DNA of 63,691 nt, counting the filler, from Octopus bimaculoides (lineage: Eukaryota): NCBI RefSeq assembly GCF_001194135.2. It is 4 parts of 4 records of this genome, joined end to end, with 100 filler letters (N's around TTAATTAATTAA, not from the genome) between each part and the next. Parts side by side here need not be neighbours in the genome. Positions count along the whole stretch, not along the records: positions 41,305 to 63,691 come from NC_069007.1; 3 more parts are not named here. The stretch is one strand, 5' to 3'. The translations under genes and the position numbers were made by a program. Numbering within the stretch: the stretch's first letter is position 1; the number at the start of each line of letters is the position of its first letter. The notes beneath the pieces were generated by a model. It saw nothing but the letters and a program-made list of their open reading frames with translations. It did not search any database and had not been told where the DNA came from. Shown here in pieces: positions 41,489-52,451 of this stretch.

Positions 41489-41897
41489 GGTCAAACTAGA
41501 GGGTTTGACCCGGTGGGAAATAAAAAAATAAAATATTCTAATAGGTGTAAAACGACTTGCTGCGAACGAATATGAAGAAGAAAACGCTTGCTCGTGAACG
41601 GGGGGGGGGGAGGCCTCGTAACATTCACATCCTGAATGTTCCGAGATGCCTCATCGGAGCCAAGAAACAAAAGAAAAATAATGTAATAGATGGAAAACGA
41701 AAATAACTCGCTGGGAACGAATATGAAGGAAAAAATGCACGCTCGCGAACGAGGTGGGTGGGGAGAGGGCTCGGAACATTCTCACAGTCACACATCACAC
41801 ACACACAAACACATATTCATTCCCAGCAAGTTGTTTACACCTATTAGACCATTAAAAAAAAAAATTTTGTCACCGGGTCAAACCCTTTAGTTTGACC
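41489..41897. mobile_element. MITE, 409 bp, 27-bp TIRs, 7-bp TSD
   Basis: TIRs GGTCAAACTAGAGGGTTTGACCCGGTG (41489-41515) and CACCGGGTCAAACCCTTTAGTTTGACC (41871-41897), one mismatch. GCATTTT duplicated at 41482-41488 and 41898-41904. An inner imperfect IR (ctaataggtgtaaa..acttgctg) extends the TIR. Confidence 0.85.
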
Positions 41898-43455
41898 GCA
41901 TTTTGATAGAGAGCGCAAATGCGCATGATACAGGTAACTCTTTTCCAATGTTCAGACGGTTTCCAGTCTTCCGTGTCAGTTAACTTTTGCTCAACTACAA
42001 CTTTAATTATTATGCTCTCCAACGCTGTTGACTGTTCACCAATATATCAAGCTGTTACTGAAAAAAGGAGACATGGAAAATTGTCAAATTTAGCCCGAAC
42101 ACCCTGTACATAATTGCGTGCGCGCGTGAGTGTGTTCGCTCTCCTACGCCGCTTAACTACCGGTGTCATTTTATATATGTTTGTCAACAAGAGCTGATAG
42201 AACCTATCACAGGCTTAAAAAAAAGGACTGGCCTCGATTCGTTCGACTAAAAACCTTGTAAGGTGATGTCCCAGCATGGTCGCAGTCCATTAACTGAAAA
42301 AAATAAAATAAAAAAGATAAAAAGATGCCTAAACGTGAATGGGAATTATGATTTCAAGTATGGAAGTGTAAATAATGAAAGAGGACATTTTTTTCGCCTG
42401 ACACCGTTGGTGGCGACCGTAACCCTCCTCTCAATACCAAACTGTTTACACATCTCGGTTATTCTTTCTCAGGTATTTCACTTCTTTCTTCCAAAATATC
42501 AGTAATTTTTTAATGAAAATTTACCAAAATATCTCTGGTATATTAATGTTATCGAACTGGAGGGGCTCTTCATTGATGTCCCATTTGGATATATGTGTGC
42601 AATAGTGTCGGAGAAAGTGATAATGCGGGTAAAATCGGAAGCGTTTCCATGTTTTAATCTGCATTCAGAGACGTTTAGTGGTAGCCTGAAGTCTCCTTTC
42701 GTTACAGACGTTTACTAACTCTTTGCAGACTGAAAAGAAATCCTTTGTCGTTTTTGAAGAGGTTTAAAACATGACCGTAACTACTAAATGTAAAAAAAAA
42801 AATGTTCTCAATAATTACACTAGACCCGGTTTTTAAACTTCCTTTCTGGAAATTCATTCAAATGGCTCATGACACTAACAGAGCTGCCTTAGCAGTATTG
42901 GTGACCCTCGGGCAAATGAATGTGCTGGGCCCTATAGTATTTATTTATTTACAGTAAACCACATCGTGTATAGCTCAGAACCGGCCCGCTAGACCAGTGC
43001 TTCGCAACCGTTATTCCGCAACACACTGGTGAGCCACGAGACGATGCTAGGTGTGCCGTTGTTACCCGAATATGGGGCTAATAAACTTTTTGAGAAAAAT
43101 GCATTTTTCAAGGTGAGGTGGAAATCTGCAGGTCAAACTAAAGAGTTTGACCCGAGCAAAAAATAGTGCAATAGGTATACAACATGTAGTAAACGAATAT
43201 GATCGTATAATTCACACGATCCAGTCACCCCACTTCGNNNNNNNNNNAAATGCATTTTTCAAGGTGAGGTGGAAATCTGCAGGTCAAACTAAAGAGTTTG
43301 ACCCGAGCAAAAAATAGTGCAATAGGTATACAACATGTAGTAAACGAATATGATCGTATAATTCACACGATCCGATTTTTTCCTTAAAGAAATGGATATT
43401 CTTCCCAACCACACGGTTCCGGGTTCAGTCCCACTGCATGGCACCTTGGGCAAGT

Positions 43456-45238
43456 TAATTTTCCTGGGAAAGCGAAGTGGATGGATGAACAGGTTAATGT
43501 GTTTGCCTATGGAATCAGGAGATTGGCTAGACTCATGGGATGAAGAGATGACGTGTTGGAACAAACCATAAAATTAGCCTTTGTGACAGGATTTCCTGAC
43601 CCCATGTCGGTCGAACTGCAAAAGCTGCTGAATATTCACTCCATGGCGATGGGAGAGGTAATATCTCGGGTCCAGAGCCATTGTGTTGCAGGACGACACC
43701 TTTAGCAGCGACTGCAACAATGAGAAGGGGTCAGACAAAGAGCGGCGGAGAGGGGTTGAAGGAACGTGTGCGACTCTTCAAAGGGCAGTGTTTTCGGTGT
43801 AAGGGTTCGCACATGGTGAGAGGCTGCAAGGAACCCAGGCTTGGAGTAATTTGCTAAGGCAGACAAATAGGCCACATCGCTAGTGGATGCATGCAGGGAA
43901 ACGGTGTAAGGGAGACTACTGCGTTGGTAGTTGTCCCATCAAAGAATAGAGGTGCGTATACGGTGGTTGCCAGTAGTAGAAGTCGTGTTGAATGGAAAGG
44001 CGCTATAGCTGGAAATGGAGGAGAAGGACCAGTTGAGGTGGTAGAAAAATGGAGTGGAGTGAGTAGTGTAAGGGTTGTTGACGGTATGGAAGTTGAATGC
44101 AGAGGAAGTAGCGATGTGGAGATGGTGGTACGAGGAAGAGGATCGAGGTTGCATGCGATAGTGATTGACCGCATAGTGGACGGAATCGATGTAGTAATGG
44201 AGATGGACGCCATTGTCTGTTTGGGAGGTGTCACGGTCAATGAAGCTGGTGTAGCGTTCGGTGATGCAGGGACGCTATGCGCTGTGAGTCCACGACAGGA
44301 GAGTGATGAGAGCTGCAAAGAAAAATATGCTGCACACACCATCACAGACAAAGATTTTTGAGCTGTGTTCAACGGCTGGCAATGGACAGTGGAAAAACGC
44401 AGGAGGCAGCTATCAGCATACCTTGAAAGGGGATGCCAGAAGCGAGTTCACGGGAGAGGTGGATTGGTGGATCAAGGAACGTATTCTGATTCCTTGGAAG
44501 GAGGAAGTGGAGAGTGGAGTGTTACCACTGATGGCAGTGGTGCAGCTGACAAAGCATAAAGTCAGGCGAGTATTGGATTCTTGAGAGCTGAACGACCACG
44601 TATTGTGCCATACGGGCAGTGAAGCTACGGACATTTGCAGTGAAACCTTGAGAGAGTGGAGGCAGATGACAGGGGCCTCCACAATTGTCGATTTGAAGTT
44701 GGCATACCTGCAACTGCATGTGGCTGAGAGACTGTGGAGATATCAGCTGGTAAGGTATAAGGAATGGACATACTGCCTGACCAGGTTGGGATTCAGGCTA
44801 AATTCAGCACCGAAGATTATGGCGACGATTCTCAAAACCATCCAGGGAAAAGCGGACAAAGTGAAAAGAACCACCAATTCGTATATTGATGACGTCCTGG
44901 TGGATGAGAGCATAGTGTTGGCAAAAGTAGGTCATAAGCCACCTGAAGAGTTTTGGGCTAACTGCCAAACCGCTGGAGGCAATGGAAGGAGGAGCTGCAC
45001 TGGGACTCAAGCTACGGAGAGACAAGGCCGGTGCGTGGGTGTTTTAGAGAGGGAATGAGATCCCAGAACTGGGCTCCAAGATGAATAGGTGAGAACTGTT
45101 TTCTGTGTGTGGGAAGCTGCTTGGACACTACCCGATTGCAGGATGGCTCTGAATGGCATGCAGCTTCATCAAGAGACGAATTGAAGGAGTGAGGTGAAGT
45201 GATAACGTGGGTGAGAAGACAACTGCCATGACTCAAGA
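43456..45238 (+). mobile_element. Degenerate Ty3/Gypsy LTR-retrotransposon internal fragment (gag zinc knuckles, protease region, RT)
   Basis: CFRCKGSHMVRGC knuckle at 43789 plus a second decayed knuckle. ORF 43891-44361 is protease-region-like (GIDVVMEMD). RT motifs LPLMAVVQ..K.KVR, VDLKLAYLQL, YCLTRLGFRLNSAPKIM and YIDD at 44882-44893. In-frame stops and frameshifts; no LTRs seen. Confidence 0.88.
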
Positions 45239-45564
45239 AGTATATAGGGTTCAGTCCCACTCTGTGGCACCTTGGGCAAGTATCTTCTACTGTAGCCTTG
45301 AGCCAACCAAAGTCTTGTGAGTGGATTTGATAGACGGAAACTGAAAGAAGCCCGTCATATATATCATCATCATCATTTAGCCTCTGCTTTCCATGCTGGC
45401 ATGGGTTAGGCAGTTTGACTGAAACTGATAAGCTGGAGGACTTCGTGTTTAAGAATTTATTTTGCAAAATTCCTGTTGTGTGTTGAAACGGATATAGTTA
45501 TATTTTGGGATGGTTCATTTCTGTTTCTCTGTACTCATTCTTCACTTATCTATGGTCGCAGTCA

Positions 45565-45745
45565 GATGACCCGCATGTTCAAGACGACTTTTGGGCTGAC
45601 ACTTACTGACAACTTCCATAGATCTTGGGTCGGGCAGTGCTATTGAGAAGCACCACCCATTCAGGATAAGCTCTACAGGCATGGCTCGAGAAACACTGGG
45701 CCAACCTGCCTGAGATGCGGTCAGAGCGATGAAACTGTTCTGCAC
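45565..45745 (+). mobile_element. Tx1/L1-clade LINE ORF2 C-terminal zinc-binding fragment
   Basis: Translates CY*EAPPIQDKLYRHGSRNTGPTCLRCGQSDETVLH, matching the LP-x-x-D-x-L-x-R-x-G...C-x-x-C...ET-x-x-H zf-RVT pattern. Confidence 0.72.
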
Positions 45746-46010
45746 AACATTGACAGAATTCTTTTCACTGTGCATCAGTGATGACTTTGCAAAAACATTG
45801 CTTTAAGCTGAAGAATCCATGTATTTCATTTGGAAAAAGTAGTAACAAAGAATAGCAAAGAAGAAAGCCAGGAAAAACTATTGAAGGCCATTTGAACGTT
45901 TTCAAAGAAGAAACATTTGGTCATGTTTATGTTGTCACACCAAAGGCAGGAGAACTGTATTATTTTAAAATTTTATTGCATGACGTTCGAAATAGTACTT
46001 TTTCTTTTCC
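45746..46010 (+). mobile_element. Helitron Rep/helicase fragment
   Basis: TLTEFFSLCISDDFAKTLL*AEESMYFIW, then after a frameshift QRRKPGKTIEGHLNVFKEETFGHVYVVTPKAGELYYFKILLHDVR. Matches the recalled Helitron segment TLTxFFxLC..DxFAKTLLY.EVP.Y.TW...GRxYxVxP...ExxYLRLLL..VRGPTSF. Confidence 0.78.
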
Positions 46011-46393
46011 TGCTGCATGTTAACATTTTCAACTTGGAGTAGTTGTGATCCAAGGGGTTACGGCAGGTACATCTAGTTGACAATAGACAATTACACCCCA
46101 TTTCTTTCTCTCTAACACCTTGAACTCTACACCAAATTATTTACAAACAAACTATATTTAAAGAAGACTTTACAGAAAACTCCAGACATGTTCTAACCAC
46201 CAAACAGAAGATAAATACAAATTGATTTTACTTCAAATTCCAAATTTTTATTATTATTTGATAAGATGAATTTCATCATCAAAACCGGTAATATTTTATA
46301 TTTTCTATATATATAAAAAAGTTTTTGAATCATTTTATTAATTTCTTTCTAAACAAAAATTTACTTTTGTGCTGTTTCCACCTCCATCTTTTT

Positions 46394-46674
46394 GCCAGTG
46401 CCACTGGACTGGCTCCTGTGCAGGTGGCATGTAAAATACACCATTTTGAGCGTGGTCGTTGCCAGTACCATCTGACTGGCCTTCGTGCCGGTGGCACATA
46501 AAAGCACCCACTACACTCTCGGAGTGGTTGGCGTTAGGAAGGGCATCCAGCTGTAGAAACTCTGCCAAATCAGATTGGAGCCTGGTGTAGCCATGTGGCT
46601 CACCAGTCGTCAGTCAAATCGTCCAACCCATGCTAGCATGGAAAGTGGACCTTAAACGATGATGATGATGATGA
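46394..46674 (+). mobile_element. RTE LINE 3' UTR fragment with (GAT)n tail
   Basis: Same UTR as 49420-49640. Other copies at about 45360-45440(-), 48115-48235(-), 60120-60338(+), 60560-60735(+), 62770-62890(+) and 63540-63691(-). Confidence 0.75.
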
Positions 46675-46731
46675 TATAATGTTAAACCATTAATCTCGAC
46701 ACATTTTTTCTCTCTTTCCATTTTTTTCTGC

Positions 46732-47083
46732 NNNNNNNNNNNNNNNNNNNNNNNNNNNNNNNNNNNNNNNNNNNNNNNNNNNNNNNNNNNNNNNNNNNNN
46801 NNNNNNNNNNNNNNNNNNNNNNNNNNNNNNNNNNNNNNNNNNNNNNNNNNNNNNNNNNNNNNNNNNNNNNNNNNNNNNNNNNNNNNNNNNNNNNNNNNNN
46901 NNNNNNNNNNNNNNNNNNNNNNNNNNNNNNNNNNNNNNNNNNNNNNNNNNNNNNNNNNNNNNNNNNNNNNNNNNNNNNNNNNNNNNNNNNNNNNNNNNNN
47001 NNNNNNNNNNNNNNNNNNNNNNNNNNNNNNNNNNNNNNNNNNNNNNNNNNNNNNNNNNNNNNNNNNNNNNNNNNNNNNNNNNN
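46732..47083. other. Assembly gap (352 N) inside the first CMTR2 coding exon
   Basis: Preceded by a pyrimidine tract ending ...tttttttctgc and followed immediately by in-frame CMTR2 codons. Confidence 0.9.
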
Positions 47084-47312
47084 AAGAAATGGCATGCCCA
47101 CACCACGAATACTCACCTGGGTGGGAGTGTCTGTGGCAATCTCCGTTACCAAATCAGGCCTGAACTCTGTACGCAAGCATGGTGTAAGTTTATGGAAATT
47201 CTCTCGACATATTCCGTAGTGGACTTGAAATCAAAGAAACTAAATTCTGTTCATCTGTGTGAAGCACCAGGATCTTTTATTACTTGTTTGAATCACTTCC
47301 TCTTTACCCATG
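47084..47312 (+). CDS. CMTR2: CMTR2 first visible coding exon (5' part lies in the preceding N gap)
   Basis: Frame from 47084 reads KKWHAHTTNTHLGGSVCGNLRYQIRPELCTQAWCKFMEILSTYSVVDLKSKKLNSVHLCEAPGSFITCLNHFLFTH. It matches CMTR2/FTSJD1 motifs as I recall them (ELCTQAWCKF with catalytic K; LNSxHLCEAPGxF SAM-binding loop). Donor CATG|GTGAGT at 47312/47313, phase 1. Confidence 0.93.
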
Positions 47313-47322
47313 GTGAGTATTG

Positions 47323-47683
47323 TTACCTCTGCCTTAGCGAAGGTGGAGGTATTGTTTTCAGTTGTGTTTGTTTGTCCATGGATAAGATATCTCAAGAACT
47401 ACTGGATGGATTCAGATGAGACTTTCAGGGATGTTTAGCCTCATGACTGGCATGAACTGATTAGATTTTTGGGATCAATATGGTACTGGACAAGGATTCT
47501 GGATTATTTTTTCTGTTTTTTCACTTAATTTTGGAGAGCAGTTAGGTTCAGTTTTAGTATTCTCATTTGTGAAAGCAGTTGAGTTTATTTCAGATATTCT
47601 CATTTAAAAAATCATCTCTGGCTAATCGTTGAGATGACGTTGGTGTTGCCTTGGCAGAGGTTTGCACTCTCTGAGTGCTCTTG
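47323..47683 (+). mobile_element. Non-autonomous Helentron (HINE-like) element
   Basis: 5' ACCTCTGCC and subterminal GGCAGAGG inverted repeat, followed by the 3' hairpin GCACTC-TCT-GAGTGC. Second copy at 52452-52817. Confidence 0.65.
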
Positions 47684-47942
47684 TTGAATTTTTTGTTGTA
47701 CATTGTTTAGTTCCAGGTCATATTGATAGAGTAGGTCTTTGACCCAAAGTGCAGACGTCTGAACTGTAATCCATCTTTGTTTTCAAGCATTGTCTTCTCC
47801 TCCTCTCCTCCTCCTTGGTTTTATTCAAGTTTTTGTTATTAGTGTTTAATCTAATTAAATTATTTAATTCATTTACTTATTTTTATATTTTATTTTTTTT
47901 TTCGGTTCTTTGTATATGTGCACACATACATATATGTAGGAA

Positions 47943-48460
47943 CAGGCGTGGCTGTGTGGTAAGTAGCTTGCTTATCAACTACCTGGTTCTGGGTTCAGTC
48001 CCACTGTGTGGCAACTTGGGCAAATGTCTTCCACTATAGCCTCAGGCTGACCAAAAGCCCTCTGAGTAGATTTGGTAGATGGACACCAAAAGAAGCCTAT
48101 TGCACACACACACACATCTCATCATTTAATGTTTGTTCTTCATGCTGGCATGGATTGGACGGTGTGACCAGAGATGGCAAGCTGGGGAGGTGGGGCTGCA
48201 CCAGACTCCAGTCTTTTGGCATGATTTCTATTAATGGATGCTTTTATGTGGCACCGCATGGGCACCTTTACACTTGACAATTGCTGTCGATGTGTTTATG
48301 TCTGTGTAACTTAGCAGTTCGGCAAAAGAGACTGACAAAATAAATACTAGGCTTTAAAAAAAACATGTCCTGTGTTCGATTTGTTTGACTAAAACTCTTC
48401 AAGGTGATGCCCCAGCATGGCCGCAGTCTAATGTCTGAAACAAGTAAAAAAGATAAAAGA
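47943..48460 (+). mobile_element. SINE family A interrupted by an inverted RTE 3' UTR
   Basis: Head 47943-48100, inverted RTE tail about 48115-48235, family A tail to 48460. Confidence 0.75.
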
Positions 48461-48962
48461 TTAAATTTGATGCCAAAATGGTGATGATAAATGCATTTGT
48501 GTGTCTGTGTTTTCACGTATCTGTTTGTTCTGACTCTTCTTGGGTATGCAATATGTCCTGCATAGCTATTTCTTCATTGTTTGTCAGCAAATAACCAAAC
48601 TATTCTGTTGTGTCTGGGGATAGTCATTTTCTTATTGTGCCTTAAAATTTAACACACTCACCTGTAAAATTTCCACTTATTTCTTATTTATTTCAAAAAG
48701 GTTGCAAGACGCAACGAAAATTTTAGGAAAATAAAAATAAGAAATAAGTGGAAATTTTACCGGTGAGTGTGTTAAATTATAAGGCACCAAAAGAAAATGA
48801 CTCTCCCCAGACACAACAGAATATGCTTCAACACACATACTAACATAAAGAATCTTGCAAACCAAATCCAATAACGAAACCAAACTATTTTCTTTTCAGA
48901 ATTTGAAATCATTGTCTTAATTAACAAACTCGTTAATTTATTATTCCTTCATTTTGTGTCAG

Positions 48963-49168
48963 GTTTTACAGGCAAATGGCAGTGGATGGCTAGTACGTTA
49001 AACCCCTATTATGAGGGAAACAATTTAGGTAACATGATTGCCGACGACAGATTCATTAGGGCTACACTGCCCCATTGGCAATTTTGCGATGGCACAGGCG
49101 ACCTACTGGACAAGAACAACTGCAACCATCTTTGTAAGACTACTCACAACATGGAAATCCCCAAACTG
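48963..49168 (+). CDS. CMTR2: CMTR2 coding exon 2
   Basis: Acceptor ttttgtgtcAG| at 48961-48962. Reads (G)FTGKWQWMASTLNPYYEGNNLGNMIADDRFIRATLPHWQFCDGTGDLLDKNNCNHLCKTTHNMEIPKL (W-x-W-x-A-x-TLNPY-x-E, DDR-x-I and TGD motifs). Donor CTG|GTAAGT, phase 0. The phase-1 start joins exon 1. Confidence 0.93.
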
Positions 49169-49211
49169 GTAAGTTTAATTATTTTTAAGCAAATAAAATA
49201 TTCTTATTAAA

Positions 49212-49640
49212 TGGTCATGTGATATGTGTAGACGAGGACATCTGTGTAAAGAAGTGCTGATCTCTGAAGGGAACCTGTGGAAGAGGTAGACCCAGGAAGA
49301 CATGGAATGAGTTGGTGAAGCATGATCTTTGAACTTTGAGCCTCACAGAGGTAATGACTGGTGACTGAGACCTTTGGCGATATGCCGTGCTTAAGAGGAC
49401 CCATCAAGCCTAATGCACCTGTGCTGATGACATGTAAACGCACCCCAGTGTCATGAAAATGGCACGTAAAAGCACCCATTACACTCTCGGAGTGGCTGGC
49501 ATTAGGAAGAGCATCCAGCTGTAGAAACCAGGCCAAATCAGACTGGAGTCTGGTGCAGCCTTTCAGCATGCCAGCCCAGTCAAACTGTCCAACCCATGCC
49601 AGCATGGACAATGGATGTTAAATGATGATGATGATGATGT
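49212..49640 (+). mobile_element. RTE-clade LINE 3' end (ORF C-terminus plus 3' UTR)
   Basis: GHVICVDEDICVKKC*SLKGTCGRGRPRKTWNELVKHDL..D*DLWRYAV, then a UTR with aggaagagcatccagctgtagaaac and a (GAT)n tail. Confidence 0.8.
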
Positions 49641-50269
49641 ACAGGCAAGGCTGTGTGGTTAGGAAGTGGTTGAGTGGAAAGTAGCCCTTCTTGTATATAT
49701 GTGCTCCAGCATGGCTGCAGTCAGATGACTAAAACAAGTAAAAGAATATAACTCTTCGAAACGCCTGTGTTAGAATGGGGGCAGCTGATGAAGGAGATGT
49801 TCTCTATGTGGCCTGTGTGTTTTCTGTACTCGTTTATCATTTTGTCTACGCTTTGTTTGCAATGTCCTGTACCCAGATATGCATCTATATATACAGGTAG
49901 ATGTAAGTATGTACATTCATGTACATATATATGCATATACTCATTTATTATTTGTATTATATAGATATACACATTGTTTAGTTCCAGGTCATATTGATAG
50001 AGTAGATCTTTGACCCAAAGTGCAGATGTCTGAGCTGTAATCATCCCTATCTTTGTTTTCAAGCATTGTCTTCTCCTCCCCTCCTCCTCCTTGGTTTTAT
50101 TCAAGTTTTTGTTATTAGTGTTTAATCTAATTAAATTATTTAATTCATTCACTTATTTTTATATTTTATTATTTTTTTTTTTTCGATTCTTTGTTTCTAT
50201 GCTCACATACATATATGTAGGCACAGGTGTGGCTGTGGTAAGAAGCTTGCATATATATATGTATTCCTT

Positions 50270-50610
50270 TATTCTTTGATGTGTTTCAGTTATTTGACTG
50301 GCCATTCTGGAGCACTGCCTTTTAATCGTAAAAATTGACCCCAGGACTTATTCTTTGTAAGCCTGGTACTTATTCTATAGGTCTTTTTTGCCGAACCACT
50401 AAGTTATGGAGACATAAACACACCGACATCGGTTGTGAGGCAATGAAGGGGCGACAAACACAGACACAAAAACACACACACACACACACACACGATGGGC
50501 TTCTTTCAGTTTCCGTCTACCAAATCCACTCAGAAGGCTTTGGTCGGCCCAAGGCTACAGTAGAAGACACTTACCCAAGGTGTCATACATTGGGACCGAA
50601 CCTGGAACCA
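50270..50610 (-). mobile_element. SINE family A
   Basis: Reverse-complement family A tail, (CA)n centre and head. Confidence 0.8.
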
Positions 50611-51528
50611 TGTGGCCGGGAAGCAAGCTTCTTATTCTTTTATTCTTTCAGTTATTAGACTACAGCCATGTTGTGGCGCCACCTTGAGGAATTTTGGTTG
50701 ACCTAATCAACCCCAGTTCTTTTCATAAGCCTGGTACTTATTCTATCAATCCCTTTTGCCAGGTGGTGAGCTGGCAGAATCATTAGCACACTGGGCAAAA
50801 TGCTTAGTGGTATTTTGTCTGCCCTTATATTCTGAGTTCAAATTCCGCCGAGGTCGACTTGGCCTTTCATCCTTTCAGGGTTTATGAAATAAGTACCAGT
50901 TACACACTGTGGTTGATATAATTGATATAGTTCCCTTCCTCAAAATTTCAGGCCTTGTGCCTATAGTGGAAAGGATTATCATTATTCTTAGCGTTTTTTC
51001 TCACACACTAATTGGGGCTTTTGATTATGGTTTTTTTTTTTTAGTGTTACATTCCTGATAAATAAATCCTCTTAATTACCATTTGTTCTTGAAAAGATGG
51101 AGATTTTCCTTAATTGCATCTGAAGTTAATTGAGGGTGAAAACCCCCCCACCTCCTAACTGTTATTTTGTAGACATTACAAATGAGAAGTGATAATTGCC
51201 TCAGCAACCATACAGCAATACTTCAGTAGAAAATGGTTATATGGCATTCCTTACTGAAGCAAACTACCACTTATTATTACTATTATTATTTGGGCGGTGA
51301 ACTGGAGAATTGTTTTCATACCAGAAAAATACTTAGTGGCCTTTTTTTCCAGCTAATGTTCTGAGTTCAGGCTCTGCCAAGGTCAACTTTGTTTTTCATC
51401 CTTTTGGAGTCAATAGAATAAATACCGGTTGAGCACTGGCATCCTTGCAGTCAGTTAGCTCCTCTACTCAAATTTCAAGCTTTGTGCCTGTAGTAGAAAG
51501 TATTATTATTATTATTATTATTATTATG

Positions 51529-51689
51529 TAGGAGTGGCTGTGTGGTAAGTAGCTTGCTTACTAACCACATGGTTCCGGGTTCAGTCCCACTGCGTGGCAT
51601 CTTGGGCAAGTGTCTTCTACTATAGCCTCGGGCCAACCAAAGCCTTGTGTGTGGATTTGGTAGATGGAAACTGAAAGAAGCCCGTCGTA

Positions 51690-51720
<31 letters not shown>

Positions 51721-51982
51721 NNNNNNNNNNNNNNNNNNNNNNNNNNNNNNNNNNNNNNNNNNNNNNNNNNNNNNNNNNNTTGTGTGTCTGTGTTTGTCCC
51801 CCCAACATCGCTTGACAACCGATGCTGGTGTGTCTACGTCCCCGTAACTTAGCGGTTCGGCAAAAAGAGGCCGATAGAATAAGTACTAGGCTTCCAAAGA
51901 ATAAGTCCTGGGGTCGATTTGCTCGACTAAAGGCGGTGCTCCAGCATGGCCACAGTCAAAAGACTGAAACAAGTAAAAGAGT
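51529..51982 (+). mobile_element. SINE family A, young near-consensus copy
   Basis: Full head, (TA)n plus gap, full tail ending ctgaaacaagtaaaagag; many CpGs retained. Confidence 0.88.
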
Positions 51983-52451
51983 ATTATTAAGGTGGTGAGC
52001 TGGCAGAACTGTTAGCATGCTGGGCAAAATGCTTAGTGGCATTTCGTCCATCCTTACGTTCTGAGTTCAAATTCCGCTTAAGTTGACTTCGCCTTTCATC
52101 CTTTTAGGATTGATGAAATAAGTACCAGTTACACACTGGGGTCGATGTAATTGACTTACCTCCTCCTCATCAATAGCAAGCCTTGTACCCATAGTAGAAA
52201 GGATTCTTTTTATTATTATCCATAATTAAGGCAATGAGCTGGCAGAATCATTAGCATGCTGGACGAAATGTTTAGCAATATTTCTTCTGTCTTTACACTC
52301 TGAGTTCAAATTCTGCTGAGGTTGACTTTGCCTTTCATGCTTTCGGGGTCAATAAATTAAGTAGCAGTGAAACACTGGGATCAATGTAATTGACTAGTCC
52401 CCTCCCTCAAAGTTACAGGTCTTGTGACTTCAGTAGAAAGGATTATTATTA

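Larger units (their letters stand above)
47700..50250 (+). repeat. About 270-bp direct repeat pair (47700-47971 and 49972-50250) flanking CMTR2 exon 2
   Basis: cattgtttagttccaggtcatattgatagagtag...ccttggttttattcaagtttttgttattagtgtttaatc...catatatgtagg.acagg.gtggctgtg present twice in the same orientation. Confidence 0.85.

Noticed and set aside
41625-41660. CCGAUGAGGCAUCUCGGAAC on the minus strand
   Set aside because: Two core substitutions and no helix I complementarity.
43097-43374. About 127-bp direct repeat on either side of a 10-N gap
   Set aside because: Identical copies straddling a minimal gap indicate an unmerged contig overlap. The same pattern occurs at about 6044-6150 and 60950-60990.
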